64,000 nucleotides of DNA. It comes from Sphaerodactylus townsendi (Eukaryota). Shown piece by piece: positions 60,601-64,000 of the stretch. The position numbers and the translations under genes are program-made. The stretch is taken from NCBI RefSeq assembly GCF_021028975.2, contig NC_059436.1, forward strand, positions 58,900,001 to 58,964,000, in the 5' to 3' direction. The notes beneath the pieces are model-generated. The model saw nothing but the letters and a program-made list of their open reading frames with translations, was not told where the DNA came from and made no database searches. The first letter of the stretch is position 1; the number at the start of each line of letters is the position of its first letter.

Positions 60601-63600
60601 TCTCCGTCCAGGCGACTATACGACCTCCCTAGACCTGACCGAGGCATACCTCCATATACCGATACATCCATCCCACAGGAAGTACCTCCGGTTCGCCATA
60701 GGCCATCAACAGTTCCAATTCAGAACTCCAGTAATTAAACTCTAGAACACCCTGGGGGCTCCGGATAACCCGAATGGCATAACCAAATATTCATACTGGC
60801 CACAGTGGGTGTTAAAAGCAGTTAAATGCTCATAGCCTTCAGCTATACGGACCCAGTAATATGTTTCCCTTAAGTCAAGGTTGGTGAAAATCAGTCCCTT
60901 GCCAAGGTTGGCCAGTAACTCCTTGATGAGTGGCAAAGGATATTTATTGGTAGTGGGAACAGCATTCAATTTACGATAATCAGTACAAAGTCTCAAAGAC
61001 CCATCTTTTTTCTTGACAAACAGAATGGGTGCTGCAAAGCTACTGCAAGTTTTCTGAATGAAATTGCGGGCAAGGTTTTTACTTTAAAAATCCTGAAGAG
61101 CAGCATCCTCTGTAGGGCTCAATGGATACAAGCGTCCCTTGGGCAATTTACATCTGGGGACCAATTCAATTTTGCAGTCGGTATCTCTATGAGGAGGTAG
61201 AGCATCACATTCCGTTTCCTCAAACACCTGCCACAAATCTTGGTAGGGCGGGGGAGGCTCGATTTCCATAACTAAGTGGACCAGAAAAGTCTGGAGGGTG
61301 TAATGACATATGGCCACCACAGGGGCGTTTCGTAAAAGTTACAACATGGCCCACCCACTGAATTTGTGGATTGTGGTCTATGAGCCAAGATATGCCAAGT
61401 ATCACAGGATAATCAGAAATATTTGACAAAGTTTTGTGTAATGGGATTGATTGTAATTCCAAGCTATGAACAACGCTGGGGTGCATTAAACAGTGGCAGC
61501 AGTCCACCAGAGCGTGAATCTTTACTTTAGGCTCTTGTGGACCCTTGGAGATGAGCAAAGGGAGGATGATAGGTTCACTCACCCTTTCCGAGATATCCTT
61601 GGTTGATTCTTGAGTGGCTTTTGCATAACTTTTGTAATTCTCATCAGATGAATTGTAATTCAGCTCTATCGGTAGAGCGAGGCGCGCTGTTCCTTTCTTC
61701 AGATTGGGTCCCTTGGCCGATGCTTCGCTCTTGCCAGGCGCAGATGGCTTCACTGGCTGCTTTTCTGGGCAAGCAGCAGCTAGGTGACCGATCCCTCCAC
61801 AATACAGGCACAATCCAAGATGACGACGATGCACATTCTCCAATTCGTGAGTTTCAGGCGAGGAGTGGATTCCCTGGGGGTACCGACCCTGGGAGAACCC
61901 GCTGGCTTACCAGAATGGGCTTTGGCTTCATTCATTCGTGCATCTGACATGCCAGCCAGCATGATCCATTCCATCAAAGTAACCGGACTGTCCGATTGCA
62001 AAGCCCATTTCAACAGTCCAGGGTGCAGGGCCTGCTTGAAGGCATACATTTTGACAGGATCATCCCAATCAGGAATTTTACTGGCCACAGTGCGAAAGTT
62101 TTCCACAAACTCCATGAAAGGAGTATTCCCTGACGTATCTGCATCAGCTCTTTCCTCCCCTACAAAGGGACTCTCAAAACGTCGGTGGAGAGCCATCATG
62201 AAGTCTGGAAAATTACGTAATTCACCAGCCCCGTGCTGGAACAGGCTCACATACCATTCAGCTACGGCCTCATCCAAGGCAGATCCCACTTCATAAACCT
62301 GCTCAGTATCATGTTGATACTGCTGGTCGTATTGTTGCTTGTGGACACTGACTTGCACCAAAAAGGCTGGGAGTTGCTTCTGGGAGCCATCGTAGCGCAC
62401 ATTCAACCTTGCCCAAGGTGCTATCGGTTGTGAATACCCAAATGGAGGTGCCATCGGATACCCGAAGGAAGGCTGGAGTGGGTACAGGTGTGGCAGTGAT
62501 GGCTGGAACTGAGGGGGTACAGGTGGAACAGGAATCAAGGGCGGTGCCAGCAATGGCTATACAGGTGGGGTAGGTATCACGGGCAGAGCCAGCTGCCTCA
62601 GCACCCCCGCTGGCTGAGCCTCGGCATCCCCGCTGGCTGAGCAGGAATCAGAGGTGGTGAAGGTACCTGTGGAGCAGGTGTCCCAGGCGGAGCAGGTTGT
62701 CCCTCTCCAACCCCTTGCTGTCCATCAACTTCTTGCCCCGGCACCCTCACTGGCATGCCACCCCTACCTTGCACCTCATTGACTGGAGGCTGAGGCTGCC
62801 CAGGGGGATTTTGTTGCATTTGCGCCAGCCGGGCTTCGTCCTGCACTTTATGTAGTTCAGCACGGGTCTGCCCTATGGTCATATGCATCGCATCCATATC
62901 ACGATGCATCTGGTTCAAGGCATGTTCGTACTGCATCCCGCTTCTAGCTCCTCCCCAAGCTGCTTCTTTAAGTAGCACGGAACAGTCAGCCTACATCTCT
63001 GCTTCTTCCCATCTGGTAGGGACTTGCAGTGGGATCCCCTCACGACAGTGGATCCCCCAGCAAGGGAGGCTGTAACCCATGTTCAGACCTCGTCTAAATC
63101 CAGCAAAGAATCAGTAGGTACTGTAGCAGTCTCTTTCCGACGGACCGTAACTCCCACTTGGAGCAGAGCAGACAGGAAACGTGAAACTCCCGCAGAAGCA
63201 CCTGCCACATGCTGCAAAGGGGATGAAGTGGCTTGTCCAACCCTAGGTAGGGGTCACAGGTGGCGAGTCCTGACTTATCCAACCGGAGGGGAGTCGACCC
63301 TGTAGAAGCAGCTGTAGTAGAATCCAAAGTTGTTCTGGACTCCCCCTCCTCGTTAAGGCCAGACACAGTCTCCACGGCGTGAGGATCAAAAGGGGGCCCA
63401 GACAGTCCTTGAAGAAAAGCAACTAAATATCTAACATGTGCAACTTCAGCATTAGACTTAAGCATGAAGTGCCACACGATGAGAATTCTGGCTTAATGTC
63501 CAATCCTCAATGATTGAAACAACATCTTTTAGAGATCAGAGGTTTATTCATACATCCAGAGGACAGCTTGGAAAAGCCACAATTGACTTTTCCACGAGCA

Positions 63601-63779
63601 AACAGCAGTAATATGATGTGAGGAACCTCCCCCATGAGAACAGACAATGAAGTATGTAGGCAGTTTGAGAAGAGCAAAAGTCTGTTGGAGCTGCTAGAAA
63701 TGATACACAGAGTAACATTCCCATCCCCCCAAAAGCCCAAAGTGCTAAGCAGCCCCAGCACCCACTAGGCATCCTGACA
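57694..63779 (-). mobile_element. Gypsy D: full-length chromovirus in the last QSOX2 intron, same orientation as the gene, decayed
   Basis: LTRs 63497-63779 and 57694-58007; PPT; near-TSD ATATT/CTATT; gag, CLYCGGIGHLAAAC, RT, RH, IN, chromodomain. Confidence 0.95.
60271..60724 (+). mobile_element. DIRS-type RT fragment
   Basis: FSHFFTVPKRSGDWRAILNLKFIN...FRMETL...LDLTEAYLHIPIHPSHRKYLRF. Confidence 0.85.
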
Positions 63780-64000
63780 CTATTAAATAGTTGGTAGATA
63801 TTACATAGTTGGACTTCCAAAAGTCCTTTAACAAAGTACTTCACCAAAAACTCTTCTGGATTAAAACTAATTAAGTATTGCTTTTGCTATATGAACTAGA
63901 GATGACAGTGGATTGAACGCAACCTAGCAGATGGTGATAGAGTGAACTCTGGAGGACAACAAACCACCTTTCAAGAGGATATGAAGGAGAGTAATCATTT

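Overview
Vertebrate nuclear DNA; the SINE, CR1, Penelope and MITE content suggests a squamate, probably a gecko (inference). Only one host coding exon is recognisable: the last exon of QSOX2 (minus strand, 54795-55336). A CpG island at the left end may belong to LHX3, which lies downstream of QSOX2 in other vertebrates, but no LHX3 exon was found here. About 50 kb is a nested transposon stack that can be reconstructed from LTR ends and target-site duplications (TSDs). It holds one Ty1/copia provirus with a half-tRNAiMet-type PBS, plus a solo LTR; seven complete or partial Tf1/sushi-like Ty3/Gypsy elements, most with a chromodomain; and a Gmr1-like Gypsy. It also holds five RTE-X-like LINEs (one full length), CR1, L2 and Rex1 LINEs, Penelope remnants with degenerate hammerheads, a DIRS fragment, MITEs and SINEs. 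Three signals stand out. (1) The full-length LINE has ORF1 and an AUG-less ORF2 in one frame, separated by a single UGA-CUA (readthrough context). (2) That LINE is flanked by a 158-bp direct duplication. (3) The chromoviruses show co-varying 11-nt LTR/PBS complementarity, indicating tRNA-independent self-priming. Parts of 27.6-41.8 kb look indel-noisy and may contain assembly errors. Coordinates were read by eye; fuzzy boundaries may be off by tens of bases.
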